Made by a program: the position numbers and the translations under genes
The notes under the pieces: model-generated
Databases searched by the model: none
Told to the model about the DNA's origin: nothing
The model's input: only the letters and a program-made list of their open reading frames with translations
Assembly: GCA_037444405.1 (NCBI GenBank)
Contig: JBBIML010000014.1
Coordinates: 32,001 to 96,000, forward strand
DNA: 64,000 nt
Reading direction: 5' to 3'
DNA from: Armatimonadota bacterium
GTDB lineage: Bacteria; Armatimonadota; Fimbriimonadia; Fimbriimonadales; GBS-DC
Part shown: piece by piece, positions 50,858 through 62,634 of the stretch
How the letters are laid out: every line of letters starts with the position of its first letter
Numbering within the stretch: the stretch's first letter is position 1

Positions 50858-52738
50858 ATGACGGATATCCATCCTGTGCTGACGCGACTGGGACAGCATC
50901 TGTTCGGGCGGGACGGGCAGCTCGATTCAGAGGCGTGCGCAATATTCGGTCAGTGGCTGGCTCAGCTGGAGCCGTCGGTACGGCGGATGCTGACCGCTCT
51001 GATGGTTGCCTGCGATGCCCTGCCGCTCATCTCGCCGTGCTGGAAGCCGCTGCGCTGGCTTTCGGACGAGGCGCTGACGCGCTTCGTGCAGGGAGTGCGC
51101 GATCCCTATCGCCTGCTGATCCTGCGGCTGGTGAAGGGGTTGTGTGGGGTGGCGTATCTTTCGGCGGAGGCGTTGAGCGAGCGTCTGGGTTATGGTGTCC
51201 AGCCTTACAAACAGCCGTATGCGCCGTTGCCGCCGGAGCTGCCCCTGCGTGTGGAGGTGCCTTCGGGTGGGTTCGAGGCGCGTTATGATGTGGTGATTGT
51301 GGGCACGGGCGCAGGCGGGGCAACGGTTGCCCGCCGTCTCTCGGAGGCGGGGTTGAGCGTCGCGCTGGTGGAGGAGGGCGAGTTAGCCACCCGCGCCCAT
51401 ACCCGGCTCCCTTTGCTGGAGCGGGCACGCCGCTTCTATCGCCAGAACGGCTTCACCGTTGCGCTGGGCATGCCACCCATCATCATGCCGATGGGACGCA
51501 CGGTAGGCGGCACAACAGTGGTCAACTCTGGCACTTGCTTTCGCACGCCGCGCTTCGTGCTGGAACGCTGGCAAAAGGAGTTCGGCGTTCAGGGGCTGGA
51601 GCCAGCGGTGCTGGAACCCCTCTTTGAGTGGATCGAGCAGGAGCTTCGGATCGCGCCTGTTGCCGACGAGGTGCTGGGCGGGAACGGGCAGGTGGTTCGG
51701 CGGGGAGCGGAGCGGCTGAAGGTGCGCCATCAGCCGCTGAATCGCCCGCAGCGCGACTGTCATGGCACGGGCGTGTGCGCCCTTATCTGCCCGCGCGACG
51801 CGAAGCTCGACATGCGCTTCAGCATGCTGCTGCCCGCCCAGCAACACGGCGCCACCATCTTCGCCAGCTGTCGCGTGGAGCGCGTGCTGTTTGACGGCGA
51901 GCGCGCGGTGGGGGTGGAGGGAACGGTGCTGAACGGCAACGGACGCTTCCAGATATGGGCGAAGGAGGTGGTGCTGTGTGCGGGCGCGATCCACACGCCC
52001 TGGCTGCTCCATCGGTCAGGGGTTCACCACCCGCGCATCGGGCATAACCTGCACATCCACCCTTCGGCGAGCGTGTTTGCCCGCATGCCAGAGCCTGTCA
52101 GGGCGTGGAGCGGCGTGATGCAGTCATACGGCGTCACGGAATGGATAGAGCAGGGCACGCTGATCGAGGCGACTTTTCCACCGCTGGCGATTGGCTACGG
52201 TCTTCATCCGCTGCCCTTCTGGGGTTCGGAACATCGCCGCCTGCTGGAGGATGTCGCGCATCTGACGGGGGTCGGCGTGCTGACGGCAGACGAGCGGAGT
52301 GAGGGGCGCGTGCTGCACCTGCCAGGCGCCAGTGAACCCGTGATTGTGTATCGCTTGCATCGGGCAGACGCCCAGCGTATACTGGAAGGGATGACGCGCG
52401 CGGCGCAGGTCTTCTTTGCGGGCGGCGCGGAGCGCGTCTACACCGATTTGCCCGGCGCGGAACAGCTCCGCACACCCGACGAGCTGGATTGCCTGCTGAA
52501 GAGCAACGCCCGTTTGCTGAACCTGAGCGCGTACCATCCCGGCGGTACATGCTGTATGGGTGAGGACGAGCGGCGCTGCCCGGTGGACAGCTTCGGGCGT
52601 GTGCGCGGGCGCACCCATCTGTGGGTTGCCGACGCCTCGCTGATCCCCACACCGACGGTGGTCAACCCGCAAATTACCATCATGATGCTGGCGGCGCGAG
52701 TGGCAGACGCACTCGTAGCACGGGCATCCTGCCCGTGA
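50858..52738 (+). CDS. GMC family oxidoreductase (long-chain alcohol oxidase-like)
   Basis: VIVGTGAGG, GRTVGGTTVVN, C.G.G.C...CP, HPGGTC.MG, DAS..PT...VNPQITI. Confidence 0.9.
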   Translation: MTDIHPVLTRLGQHLFGRDGQLDSEACAIFGQWLAQLEPSVRRMLTALMVACDALPLISPCWKPLRWLSDEALTRFVQGVRDPYRLLILRLVKGLCGVAYLSAEALSERLGYGVQPYKQPYAPLPPELPLRVEVPSGGFEARYDVVIVGTGAGGATVARRLSEAGLSVALVEEGELATRAHTRLPLLERARRFYRQNGFTVALGMPPIIMPMGRTVGGTTVVNSGTCFRTPRFVLERWQKEFGVQGLEPAVLEPLFEWIEQELRIAPVADEVLGGNGQVVRRGAERLKVRHQPLNRPQRDCHGTGVCALICPRDAKLDMRFSMLLPAQQHGATIFASCRVERVLFDGERAVGVEGTVLNGNGRFQIWAKEVVLCAGAIHTPWLLHRSGVHHPRIGHNLHIHPSASVFARMPEPVRAWSGVMQSYGVTEWIEQGTLIEATFPPLAIGYGLHPLPFWGSEHRRLLEDVAHLTGVGVLTADERSEGRVLHLPGASEPVIVYRLHRADAQRILEGMTRAAQVFFAGGAERVYTDLPGAEQLRTPDELDCLLKSNARLLNLSAYHPGGTCCMGEDERRCPVDSFGRVRGRTHLWVADASLIPTPTVVNPQITIMMLAARVADALVARASCP

Positions 52739-52747
52739 GCATCGGGT

Positions 52748-53580
<833 letters not shown>

Positions 53581-53617
53581 CGGTGCCTCCTGATCCTGCT
53601 GAAGCAGGGCTTCATAA

Positions 53618-54505
53618 TCAGGCTCGCAAAATGAGCAAGTTGTATGACTCGGCAGTGGCGAAGTGGTGGGAGACGCTGCCGAGTGTGAGGCGTTCCAGCA
53701 GGCTGTGCCCTTTCGCGCCGAGAATGAGCAGCTGGGCGTCGGTGTCGGTCAGCACGGTGCGCAGGGCGGGGATGGTCGCGCCCTCCACCACCAGCGATTC
53801 ACAACCTGCGCCTAACGGACGCAGTTGCTCGCACAGCTCACGATTGCGCTCATGAAGCTGTTCGATAATCCATTCGTTGCCCGCCTCCTTGAGCGCGGGC
53901 GTGGTGCGGGCTAAAATCTCCATTATCTCGCTGTCCAGTTCGAAGGCGGTGGTCAGCAGCAGTTTCTGAATGCCTGTGGGCGCGAACGCCAGCAACTTTT
54001 GCAGGCAGCGGTGATTGTACTCCGAGTGGTCGGTCGCGACGACCGCCTGCAGGGGCTTCTCACTGATGGGCGGCTGATGGGCGATCAGCACGCTCTGGTG
54101 AGCGTGCGTGACGGCGGCGCGTCCCGTGCTGCCGAGCAGCCATGCTCGCCAGCCGCACCGACCCTTGCTGCCCAACGCGATCAGATCGACGCCGTTCTCG
54201 TCGGCGACGCGCAGCAGCTCGGTGCTGGCGTGCCCGCGCCTGATCAGGCGGGTGGCAGGGATATTCACAGCGGTGAGCGTATCCTGCGCCCGTTGCAACA
54301 TCTGCTGGGCTGCCTGCTCCTGCGCCTGCAGGCTTTGCAGGGCAATCCCCTCTGGCATCGGCGCCAGCACGCCCACCACCAGCGGGCTGACAGGCTCCAG
54401 CACGGTCATGAGCAACACTTCCGGCTCACGAAAGCGCAGCTGAATAATCCACTGCAGCGCGCTCTCATAAGAACCCTCAATATCTACACCCAACAGAATC
54501 TTCAT
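53618..54505 (-). CDS. Tandem universal stress protein
   Basis: KILLGVD, DLIALGSKG....LLGS, LLILGAKG....LGSVS. Confidence 0.9.
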   Translation of the reverse strand: MKILLGVDIEGSYESALQWIIQLRFREPEVLLMTVLEPVSPLVVGVLAPMPEGIALQSLQAQEQAAQQMLQRAQDTLTAVNIPATRLIRRGHASTELLRVADENGVDLIALGSKGRCGWRAWLLGSTGRAAVTHAHQSVLIAHQPPISEKPLQAVVATDHSEYNHRCLQKLLAFAPTGIQKLLLTTAFELDSEIMEILARTTPALKEAGNEWIIEQLHERNRELCEQLRPLGAGCESLVVEGATIPALRTVLTDTDAQLLILGAKGHSLLERLTLGSVSHHFATAESYNLLILRA

Positions 54506-54508
54506 CGT

Positions 54509-56525
54509 TTATCCCTCGTCCAGCACCTGGCGCACCCGATTGGCGAGCTGGGAGGGCGTGTAAGGCTTCGGCAGGAAGCGGACTCCCTCAGCCAGCACTC
54601 CATGGTGAGCAACCATATTTTCAGTGTACCCCGAAACATAGAGAATCTTGATTTCGGAGTGGAGTCGCTGCACCAGTTTCGCCAGCTCGCTCCCGCTCAT
54701 CACAGGGAGCATCACATCGGTCAGCAGCAGGTGGATGGGGTCAGTGTACTGCTCGGCGATTTGAAGGGCTTCGGTGGGCGTGGCGGCTTCCAGCACGCGA
54801 TAGCCCAGCATGCGCAGGCTTTCAGCGGCGACGGCGCGCACCTCCGCCTCATCCTCCACCAGCAGGATCGTTTCGGTGCCTGTCTGCATCACAGGCAGTG
54901 GCAGCGTGACGATGGGCGCATGGTCAACGGCGGGCGTGCGAGGCAGATAGATTTTGAAGCTGGTGCCGCGTCCCGCCTCGCTGTAGACCCAGATATGCCC
55001 GCCCAGCTGCTTCACGATGCTGTAGACGGTTGCCAGCCCCAGCCCGCTGCCTTGCCCGCGCGGCTTGGTGGTGAAGAACGGCTCAAAGATGCGTCGCTGC
55101 ACCTCAGGTGTCATGCCGACGCCTGTGTCCGAGACCACCAGCATCACATAGTCGCCCGGCACCACATCGTAGTGGACGCGGGCATACTCGGCGTCGAGCG
55201 ACACATTTGCCAGTTCGATGGTGAGCGTGCCGCCGTTCGGCATCGCGTCGCGGGCGTTCAGCGCGAGGTTGTACAGCACCTGCGTCAGCTGGGCGGGGTC
55301 CGCCTCCACCCGCCAGAGGTCGTCGGGCAGGAAGGTGGCGATGTGGATATTGGTGGGCAGCCACCGCCGCATAATGGGTTCCGCTTCGCGAACCAGCTGG
55401 CTCAGGTTCACCGGCTGGAGTTGCATCGGCTGGCGGCGGGCGAAGGTCATCAGCTGGCGCGTGAAGTCGGTCGCTCGTTCGATGCCACGCAGCGCGTTCT
55501 GCAGAAACTGATACGCCTGCGACTCTTCGGGCACGCTCGCCTGTGCCAGCTCCACATAGCCCAGAATGGCGGTCAGCAGGTTATTGAAGTCGTGGGCGAT
55601 GCCGCCCGCCATCTGCCCGATGCTCTCCAGCTTCTGCGCCTGAATCAGCTGTTCTCGCACCTGCTGCAGCTCCTGCTCGATCCGGAGGCGTTCCAGTTCC
55701 GCGCTGGCGCGTTCCGCGAACAGGTTCAGCACTTCGAGCAGTATGGGCATGTTGGGCATTGGCTTGGTGTCCGCGAACCACACCAGTCCCATCACGCGCC
55801 CTTTCGAATCGCGCAGCGGCACGCCCATATAACTTTCGGCGCCGATTGCCTGCAGCTCCCGGTCCACAGGGAAGAGTTGCTGCACGCGCTGCGGATACAG
55901 GCATGCCTCGCGCATAACCACATTCTCGCACGGCGTGCCCGGCAGGTCATAATCGGGCGGCTCGCGGAACTCGCCCTCCGCCCAGTAGAACAGCCCGCGC
56001 ACGCGCTCCTCACCCGGCACCACCTCGCCGAGATAGCCGTAGCGCAGATTGAGCATCTGGGCGGTTTGTTGCAGGAGCTGGCGCAGGTAGTCGGCGCCCG
56101 ACAGCCGCGCCGTGCCCGTGAGAATATCCGTCAGCAACTGGCGCGAGAGATAAAGCGTGGTGAAGTCGCCAAACAGCAGGTGATACAGCTCATAGTCGGG
56201 CAGCTCGGTGAGCAGAGCCACCAGATAGCGCATCTCGCCAGCCGCATTGCGGGCGATAATCAACCGATAGCTGGCGCTGGCGCCCACCAGCTGCGCGAAC
56301 TCCGGGGAGCATCTCCTGCCGAATATCCAGCATGAACTCGGACACCCGCATCTGGAGCAACTCGCTTTCCGAGTAGCCCAGGATTGCCTGTGCGGCGGCG
56401 TTCGCCCGGTAGACGCGCTCCCTATCAGGGAGCAGGAGCATCTGGGGCGCAGGCAGCTGCGTAAAGAGGGGCGACGCAATGAGCTGAGCGCGCCGCTGCT
56501 CCAGTTCCGCCGGCTTCCGTCTCAT
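54509..56525 (-). CDS. Hybrid histidine kinase (PAS-GAF-HisKA-HATPase-REC), frameshifted near 56304-56307
   Basis: AHDFNNLL, NARDAM, PFFTTK, DVMLP, KPY; the N-terminal PAS in ORF 56190-56525 joins if one C is removed from ATGCTCCCCGGAG. Confidence 0.85.
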
Positions 56526-56649
56526 AGCCTTGCATCCCTCCCAGCAAGCGTCTTGCTTTCCCCTGTACCTGCTTTTTATTTTTTATTCGCCTCCTATCCC
56601 AGCCATTCCTGCCGCTATGAAGCCCTTTCGGGGTATAATCGCCTCAGCG

Positions 56650-57537
56650 ATGATGAACCCGCCTTATGAAACCGTGCCAGGCACCGACGCTCTGATTCTG
56701 AACGGCAAAGCGGTCGCCCAGCAGATTCGCGAATCGTTGCGGGAGCAGGTGGAGCAGTTGCGTCAGCGCGGGGTACAGCCCTGCCTCGCGGTGATGCTGG
56801 TGGGCGACGATCCCGCCTCGCATACCTATGTGCGCACCAAAGCCCGCGCCTGCGAATCGGTGGGTATCCGCTCGGTTGTCCGTCATTATCCCGCCACTGT
56901 CTCGCAGTCCGAGTTAGAGGCGCAAATCGACGCCTGGAACGCTGATCCGGCGGTGCATGGCGTGCTGATTCAGCATCCCGTGCCTCCGCCGCTGGACGAA
57001 GCGGCGCTGTTGCGGCGGCTGGCGCCTCACAAAGATGTGGACGGCATCACGCCCGCCTCGCTGGGCGCATTGCTCACGGGCGAACCCGCCTTCGGCGCCT
57101 GCACCCCGCTGGGCATCATCACCCTGCTGGACGCCTATCAGATTCCGATCGAGGGCAGGCATGCGGTGGTGGTCGGGCGCAGTGTGATTCTGGGCAAGCC
57201 GATGGCGCTGATGCTGCTCAACCGCCACGCGACGGTCACCATCTGCCATTCGCGCACGCGCGATCTCGCCTATCACACCCGTCAGGCGGACATTCTGGTG
57301 GCGGCGGTCGGTAAGCCGGAGTTCATCACGGGCGAGATGATTAAGCCCGGCGCGGTGGTCATCGACGCAGGCTACAATCGGGTGGAGGGGCGCACGGGCG
57401 ATGTAGGCGATGTGCATTTTGAATCGGCGGCGCGCGTGGCGTCCGCCATCACGCCTGTGCCCGGCGGCGTCGGTCCGATGACCGTCGCGATGCTGCTGCA
57501 GAACACCCTCCGCGCCGCCCAGCGGAGCGTCCAATAG
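56650..57537 (+). CDS. folD: Bifunctional methylenetetrahydrofolate dehydrogenase/cyclohydrolase
   Basis: GDDPAS..YV..K, KDVDG, CTPLG, GRS.ILGKP, TPVPGGVGPMT; GGGGTATAAT at 56630-56639. Confidence 0.96.
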   Translation: MMNPPYETVPGTDALILNGKAVAQQIRESLREQVEQLRQRGVQPCLAVMLVGDDPASHTYVRTKARACESVGIRSVVRHYPATVSQSELEAQIDAWNADPAVHGVLIQHPVPPPLDEAALLRRLAPHKDVDGITPASLGALLTGEPAFGACTPLGIITLLDAYQIPIEGRHAVVVGRSVILGKPMALMLLNRHATVTICHSRTRDLAYHTRQADILVAAVGKPEFITGEMIKPGAVVIDAGYNRVEGRTGDVGDVHFESAARVASAITPVPGGVGPMTVAMLLQNTLRAAQRSVQ

Positions 57538-59600
57538 CTAACAGCCCGCGCCAAACGCGAACAGAACGATCAGCAGATCGGCGTCATCAACAATGCCATC
57601 CCCGTTCACATCAGCAGGCAAATTCGCGCCCGTCTGCCCGAACGCAAACAGTACCGTCAGCAGGTCGGCATCGTCCACACAGCCGTCGCCGTTCACATCG
57701 CCCTCCTGTCGGAGGGGGCTGCGAGCGACCAGCAGAGTCGCATCCCGGCGCCCCACCACAAAGAACCGCCCATCGGGTGAGAATCGCACCGAGTTAATGC
57801 CGTTGCCCGTTTCCTGATCGTAGAGCCTTAGCTGGGAGCCATCGCTGACCCGCCACAAACGAATCGTTCGATCCCACCAGCCACCCGAGATGAGATACTC
57901 ACCATAGAAAGCAACCGAAAACACATGCCCGTTGTGCCCGTCCAGAAAGCGCACCAGCGTACCATCCGCCACGCGCCAGAGCGCGAGGGAGCCGTTCGGA
58001 TACCCTGTGCTGCCCACCGCCAGCATTTGACCATCGGGCGAAAAGGCGACCGCCAGCCCACTATCGGGAAAGTCGATTCGGCGCACCAGTGTGCCATCCG
58101 CCACGCGCCAGAGACCGACATAACTGCCATCCGCCGAGGCGAGCAGGCGCCCATCGGGCGAAAAAGCGAGCGCAAAAACCCAACTCGGACCCACGATGAC
58201 GCGGACGAGGTTGCCATCAGCAACCCGCCAGAGACGAATCTGCCCCTCCACACTCCCGGAAGCCAGATACTGCCCATCGGGTGAGAAAACCACCGCCCGG
58301 ACCTGATCGGTGTGTCCGCTGAGCGTGCGGATCAGCGTACCGTCGGCAACCCGCCAGAGGTGTACCGTCATGTCCCGACCGCCTGAAGCAAGCAGGCTAC
58401 CATCGGGCGAAAAGGCGACGGCAAGCACGGCGTCGGTGTGCCCCCTCAGGGTGCGAATCGGGCTGCCGTCGCTCGCGCGCCAGAGCCGAATGGTGCCGTC
58501 GTAGCTGCTTGAAGCCCCAATCTGTCCATCGGGCGAAAAAGCCACCGCGCTGATCTCGTGGGTGTAGACGGTGAGCGTGCGTTGCAGACCGCCATCTGCC
58601 ACGCGCCAGAGCCGCGCGGCGCCGTCCAGTCCGCCCGACACCACATGCTGACTATCGGGCGAGAAGGCGATGCTTGTTGCCTCATCCGTGTGCGCAGCGA
58701 GCTGGCGTACTAAGCTCCAGTCGGACACCCGCCAGAAGCTAACGGTGCCGTTCCCCAGCGCCGCCGCCAGATATTGCCCATCGGGCGAGAAGGCGAGCGC
58801 CTGCACGCTGCTGGGCACACTGATCTGCCGCACCAGGCTCCCGTTCGAAACGCGCCAGAACCGAATGGTGCTGTCCAGTCCGCCCGACACCACATGTTGA
58901 CCATCGGGCGAGAAGGTAACCGCCAGAACCATGTCGGTGTGTCCGCTCAGCGTGCGCAACAGGTCCCAGTTAGAGGTGGAAAAGAGCTTCACGGTGTTAT
59001 CGCCGCCGCCTGTCGCCAGATACTGCCTGTTGGGTGAGAAGGCGACCGAGCGCATCCCGAACGCATGCCCTGGCAGGGAGCGGATCTGGGTTCCATCCGC
59101 GACGCGCCAGATGCGGGTCGTGTTGTCGCCACCACCTGATGCCAGATACTCGTTGCTCGCGAAGGCAACCGCCTCCACCCAGTTTATATGCCCAACAAAG
59201 GTTCGGACGAGGCTGCCATCCGCCACACGCCAGAGGTGCAGGGTGTGCCCCCTTACGAAGGGGTTCTCGAACCCCGTCACCAGAAACTGTCCATCGGGCG
59301 AAAAGGCAACCGCATAAACCGAATCGGGTTCGCAATTGTGCGGACAAGTTGCCCATCCGCCACGCGCCAGATTTTGACCGTGCCATCAAAACTGCCGGCG
59401 GACGCGATATACTGCCCATCGGGCGAGAAGGCGACGGCGCTGACCGCGATGGTATGACCGCCCACCATCCACTGGATGTCTGGACGCCCCTGCGCCACAA
59501 CATCGGGCGCGACCAGCAGCCACATCCACCAGAGAGTCAGACGGAGCCACAGCGCCGAAACTCGCTCTGAACCCCAGCACCCACGCTGTCTCGCTCTCAT
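57538..59600 (-). CDS. Secreted WD40-repeat protein with C-terminal dockerin-like domain, frameshifted near 59326-59328
   Basis: About 14 'GHT..V..VAFSPDG..LASG..D.T..LWRV.DG' repeats; ORFs 59277-59654 and 57538-59280 join by adding one C; GGAGGTG SD before ATG 59600. Confidence 0.87.
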
Positions 59601-59749
59601 CGCAGCACCTCCACACCGCTTCTCTCCCGGTACTGGCGAATTTATACGCCTCATTCGCGCCCTCTCTTGCCTGCTGTTGCAACCAGTGGTGTGTGGTTGG
59701 GGGTATTCTTATAAATGGGGGGTGTACAGGAGCGGTGATTCAATCAGAG

Positions 59750-61975
59750 ATGGCGACGCTGGAGTTTGAGCTACCTGAACAGGTCGAAGCGCTGGTGGAG
59801 AAGGTGCGCGACTATCTGCCCGGCGCCGATACTTCGCGCATCGTGAACGCCTATCTGTTCGCCGAAGAGCGCCATCACGGGCAGTACCGCAAAAATGGCG
59901 AACCCTATATTATGCATCCGCTCGCCGTCGCGCATATTCTGGCTGATTTGCAGCTGGGGGTCAACACCATCACGGCAGGGTTACTGCACGATGTGCTGGA
60001 GGACACCGCCACCACGCCCGAAGAGCTGGAACAGCAGTTCGGCGCGACCGTGCGCAAGCTGGTGGAGGGCGTCACCAAGCTGCACCATTCGGAGCGGCAG
60101 TTCGAAATCTTCTCGGAAGCCGATCGGCGCCAGCTGAGCCTGCGCAAGACGGCAGAGAACCTGCGCCGCCTGCTGATGGCGGTCGCCGACGACCTGCGCG
60201 TGATGATTATCAAGCTCGCTGACCGCCTGCACAACATGCAGACGCTCGACGCCCTCCCGCCCGATAAACAGCTCCAGATTGCCACCGAAACCCTGCATGT
60301 CTACTCGCCGCTGGCACATCGGCTTGGTATCTGGCAGATTAAATCACAACTGGACGACCTCGCTTTCAAATATCTCTACCCCAAGGAGTATGAGGAGCTG
60401 AGCCAGCAGGTGGCGCGCACGCGCGAGGAGCGACAGGCGGAGGTGCGCGAGCTGATCCGCACCCTCAAAGACTATCTCTGGGAGCGGGGCATCCGCGCCG
60501 AAGTGACGGGACGCCCTAAACACCTCTGGAGCATCTTCAACAAAATGAAGCAGCAGCAGATCGACTTCGACCAGATTTACGATCTGATCGCCCTGCGCGT
60601 GCTGGTGGACACCGTTGAAGAGTGCTATCTCGCGCTGGGGATGGTGCATACGCTCTGGACGCCACTGCCCGCCCTCTTCGCCGACTATATCGCCGCGCCC
60701 AAGCCGAACGGCTACCGCTCCCTGCACACCAAGGTGATTGGCCCTGCCGGGCGACCGCTGGAGATTCAAATCCGCACATGGCAGATGCACCAGATTGCCG
60801 AGTACGGCGTGGCGGCGCACTGGCGCTACAAGGAGGGCGAGGACTTGCGCTCGTCCGACCAGAAGCCCCTGCAGTTGCCCCATCTGCAGACCCAGCTGCG
60901 CGATTTGACCAACCTGCGCAGCAATCTGGAGTTCATCGCCAGCGTGCTACGCGATATTACCGCCGACGAGGTGCTGGTGCTGACGCCCAAGGGCGACCTG
61001 ATCGATCTGCCAGCAGGTTCCACGCCCATCGACTTCGCCTACCGGATTCATACGGAGGTGGGTCATCGGTGCGTGGGGGCGCGGGTCAACGGGCGGATTG
61101 TGCCGCTGGACTACCCGCTGCGCACAGGCGATATGGTGGAGATTATCACGCGCCCGAACGCGCAGCCCAGCTACGACTGGTTGAGCATCGTGCGCACATC
61201 GAGCGCGCGCAGCAAGATTCGCGCCTATTTTCGCACGCAGCGTCGGGCGGAGTTCGCGGCGCAGGGACGCGCCCTGCTGGAGCGCGAGCTGGAGCGGCAG
61301 GGCATCGACCGCGCCCGCTTCACCGAACAGCTCCCGACCCTGCTCCAGCGCATGAACCTGCGCACTGAAGAAGACCTCTACGCCAGCATCGGTGAGGGAC
61401 TGCACAGCGTGCAGGCGGTTATCCAGCGTCTGCGGATGCAGACCGATCTCAAGCCGTCGCCGCAACCCGCCCCGACTACCGTTTCGCCCCGTCGCGAGAT
61501 TCGCGCGATGCAGATTGAAGACGCCGACGGCTACATGACCCGCCGTGCCGCCTGCTGCCATCCTCTGCCCGGCGACGAACTGCTGGGCTACATCTCGCGC
61601 GGGCGCGGCATCGTTGTGCATCGCGCCACCTGCCCGAACCTGCGCGCCCTCGAAGAGAAGGAACCCGAACGCATCATGACCATCGAGTGGGTGCCCCGCG
61701 AGTCGAAAAAGGAGCTGCAAACCTACCCTGCTGGCATCTGTATTGAAGCCACTGATCGCGTGGGCGTGCTGGCGGACATCACCGCCATCTTGAGCGGGCA
61801 GGGCATCAACATCTCCGATGTGCGCGTGCGCCGCTCCGATAAGAACACCGCCCTCATCGATATGGTGCTGGAAGTGCGCAACGCGACGGAACTGCGCACC
61901 GTCCTGCAGAAACTGCATTCCATAGAGGATATTATCGCCATCTATCGAACAGGTGGGCGCGGACGGGCAAACTGA
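59750..61975 (+). CDS. rel: Bifunctional (p)ppGpp synthetase/hydrolase (long RSH)
   Basis: [44 protein letters not shown] and ACT domains. Confidence 0.96.
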   Translation: MATLEFELPEQVEALVEKVRDYLPGADTSRIVNAYLFAEERHHGQYRKNGEPYIMHPLAVAHILADLQLGVNTITAGLLHDVLEDTATTPEELEQQFGATVRKLVEGVTKLHHSERQFEIFSEADRRQLSLRKTAENLRRLLMAVADDLRVMIIKLADRLHNMQTLDALPPDKQLQIATETLHVYSPLAHRLGIWQIKSQLDDLAFKYLYPKEYEELSQQVARTREERQAEVRELIRTLKDYLWERGIRAEVTGRPKHLWSIFNKMKQQQIDFDQIYDLIALRVLVDTVEECYLALGMVHTLWTPLPALFADYIAAPKPNGYRSLHTKVIGPAGRPLEIQIRTWQMHQIAEYGVAAHWRYKEGEDLRSSDQKPLQLPHLQTQLRDLTNLRSNLEFIASVLRDITADEVLVLTPKGDLIDLPAGSTPIDFAYRIHTEVGHRCVGARVNGRIVPLDYPLRTGDMVEIITRPNAQPSYDWLSIVRTSSARSKIRAYFRTQRRAEFAAQGRALLERELERQGIDRARFTEQLPTLLQRMNLRTEEDLYASIGEGLHSVQAVIQRLRMQTDLKPSPQPAPTTVSPRREIRAMQIEDADGYMTRRAACCHPLPGDELLGYISRGRGIVVHRATCPNLRALEEKEPERIMTIEWVPRESKKELQTYPAGICIEATDRVGVLADITAILSGQGINISDVRVRRSDKNTALIDMVLEVRNATELRTVLQKLHSIEDIIAIYRTGGRGRAN

Positions 61976-61976
61976 G

Positions 61977-62423
61977 ATGCGGGCAGTGATTCAACGGGTC
62001 GGCTGGGCAGAGGTTTGGGTCAACGAGCAACCGATAGCCCGTATCGGGCAGGGCATTCTGGTGCTGCTGGGCGTCCACAAGGACGACACCGAAGCCGATG
62101 TGAACTGGCTCGCGCCCAAAGTCGCCCACCTGCGTGTTTTTGAAGATGAGGCGGGCAAGCTCAATCGCTCCCTGCTGGAGGTGAACGGCGCCGCGCTGGT
62201 GGTGTCGAACTTCACCCTGTATGGCGACTGCCGCAAGGGGCGCCGACCCAGCTTCACCGAATCGGCGCCCTTCGAGCAGGGACGCGCCCTCTACGCAGCC
62301 TTCTGCCAGCGCCTGGCTGCCGAGGGCATCCCCGTGCAGACAGGCGCCTACGGCGAAACGATGCAGGTACGCCTCCAGAACGACGGTCCCGTCACGCTGA
62401 TTATCGACAGCAGAGAGAATTGA
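61977..62423 (+). CDS. dtd: D-aminoacyl-tRNA deacylase
   Basis: [26 protein letters not shown]; canonical rel-dtd order. Confidence 0.96.
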   Translation: MRAVIQRVGWAEVWVNEQPIARIGQGILVLLGVHKDDTEADVNWLAPKVAHLRVFEDEAGKLNRSLLEVNGAALVVSNFTLYGDCRKGRRPSFTESAPFEQGRALYAAFCQRLAAEGIPVQTGAYGETMQVRLQNDGPVTLIIDSREN

Positions 62424-62427
62424 TGGG

Positions 62428-62583
62428 TCAAAGGAGTTTATACAGCTGGAGGAAAATACTTTTGCCTGTTGCCTGTGGTCCCACGAACACGGTGAGGTCG
62501 CCGAAGGTGATGTCGGCGTCCCTGATTGGTCCGAACTGCAGCACCTTCAGCCGCGGCGGGTCAGTGTCTTTTTGCGAGCACAT
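62428..62583 (-). pseudogene. N-terminal fragment of an AAA_15/AAA_21-type ATPase (51 aa)
   Basis: LKVLQFGPIRDADITFGDLTVFVGPQATGKSIFLQLYKLL* - Walker A followed by an early stop. Confidence 0.7.
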
Positions 62584-62593
62584 ACGGTTGAAG

Positions 62594-62612
62594 TATACCT
62601 GACAGGTATAAT
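62594..62612. promoter_or_regulatory. Palindrome overlapping divergent -10 elements
   Basis: TATACCTG-A-CAGGTATA; TATAAT (+) at 62607-62612 and TATACT (-) at 62592-62597. Confidence 0.55.
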
Positions 62613-62634
62613 CTTTGAGCAGGGAGGCGCACGG

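Noticed and set aside
57700..59460. Periodic DNA repeats (ccatcgggcgagaaggc; cgccacgcgccaga) resembling an array
   Set aside because: They are coding WD40 repeats, not CRISPR; no CRISPR array or cas gene was seen in the window.
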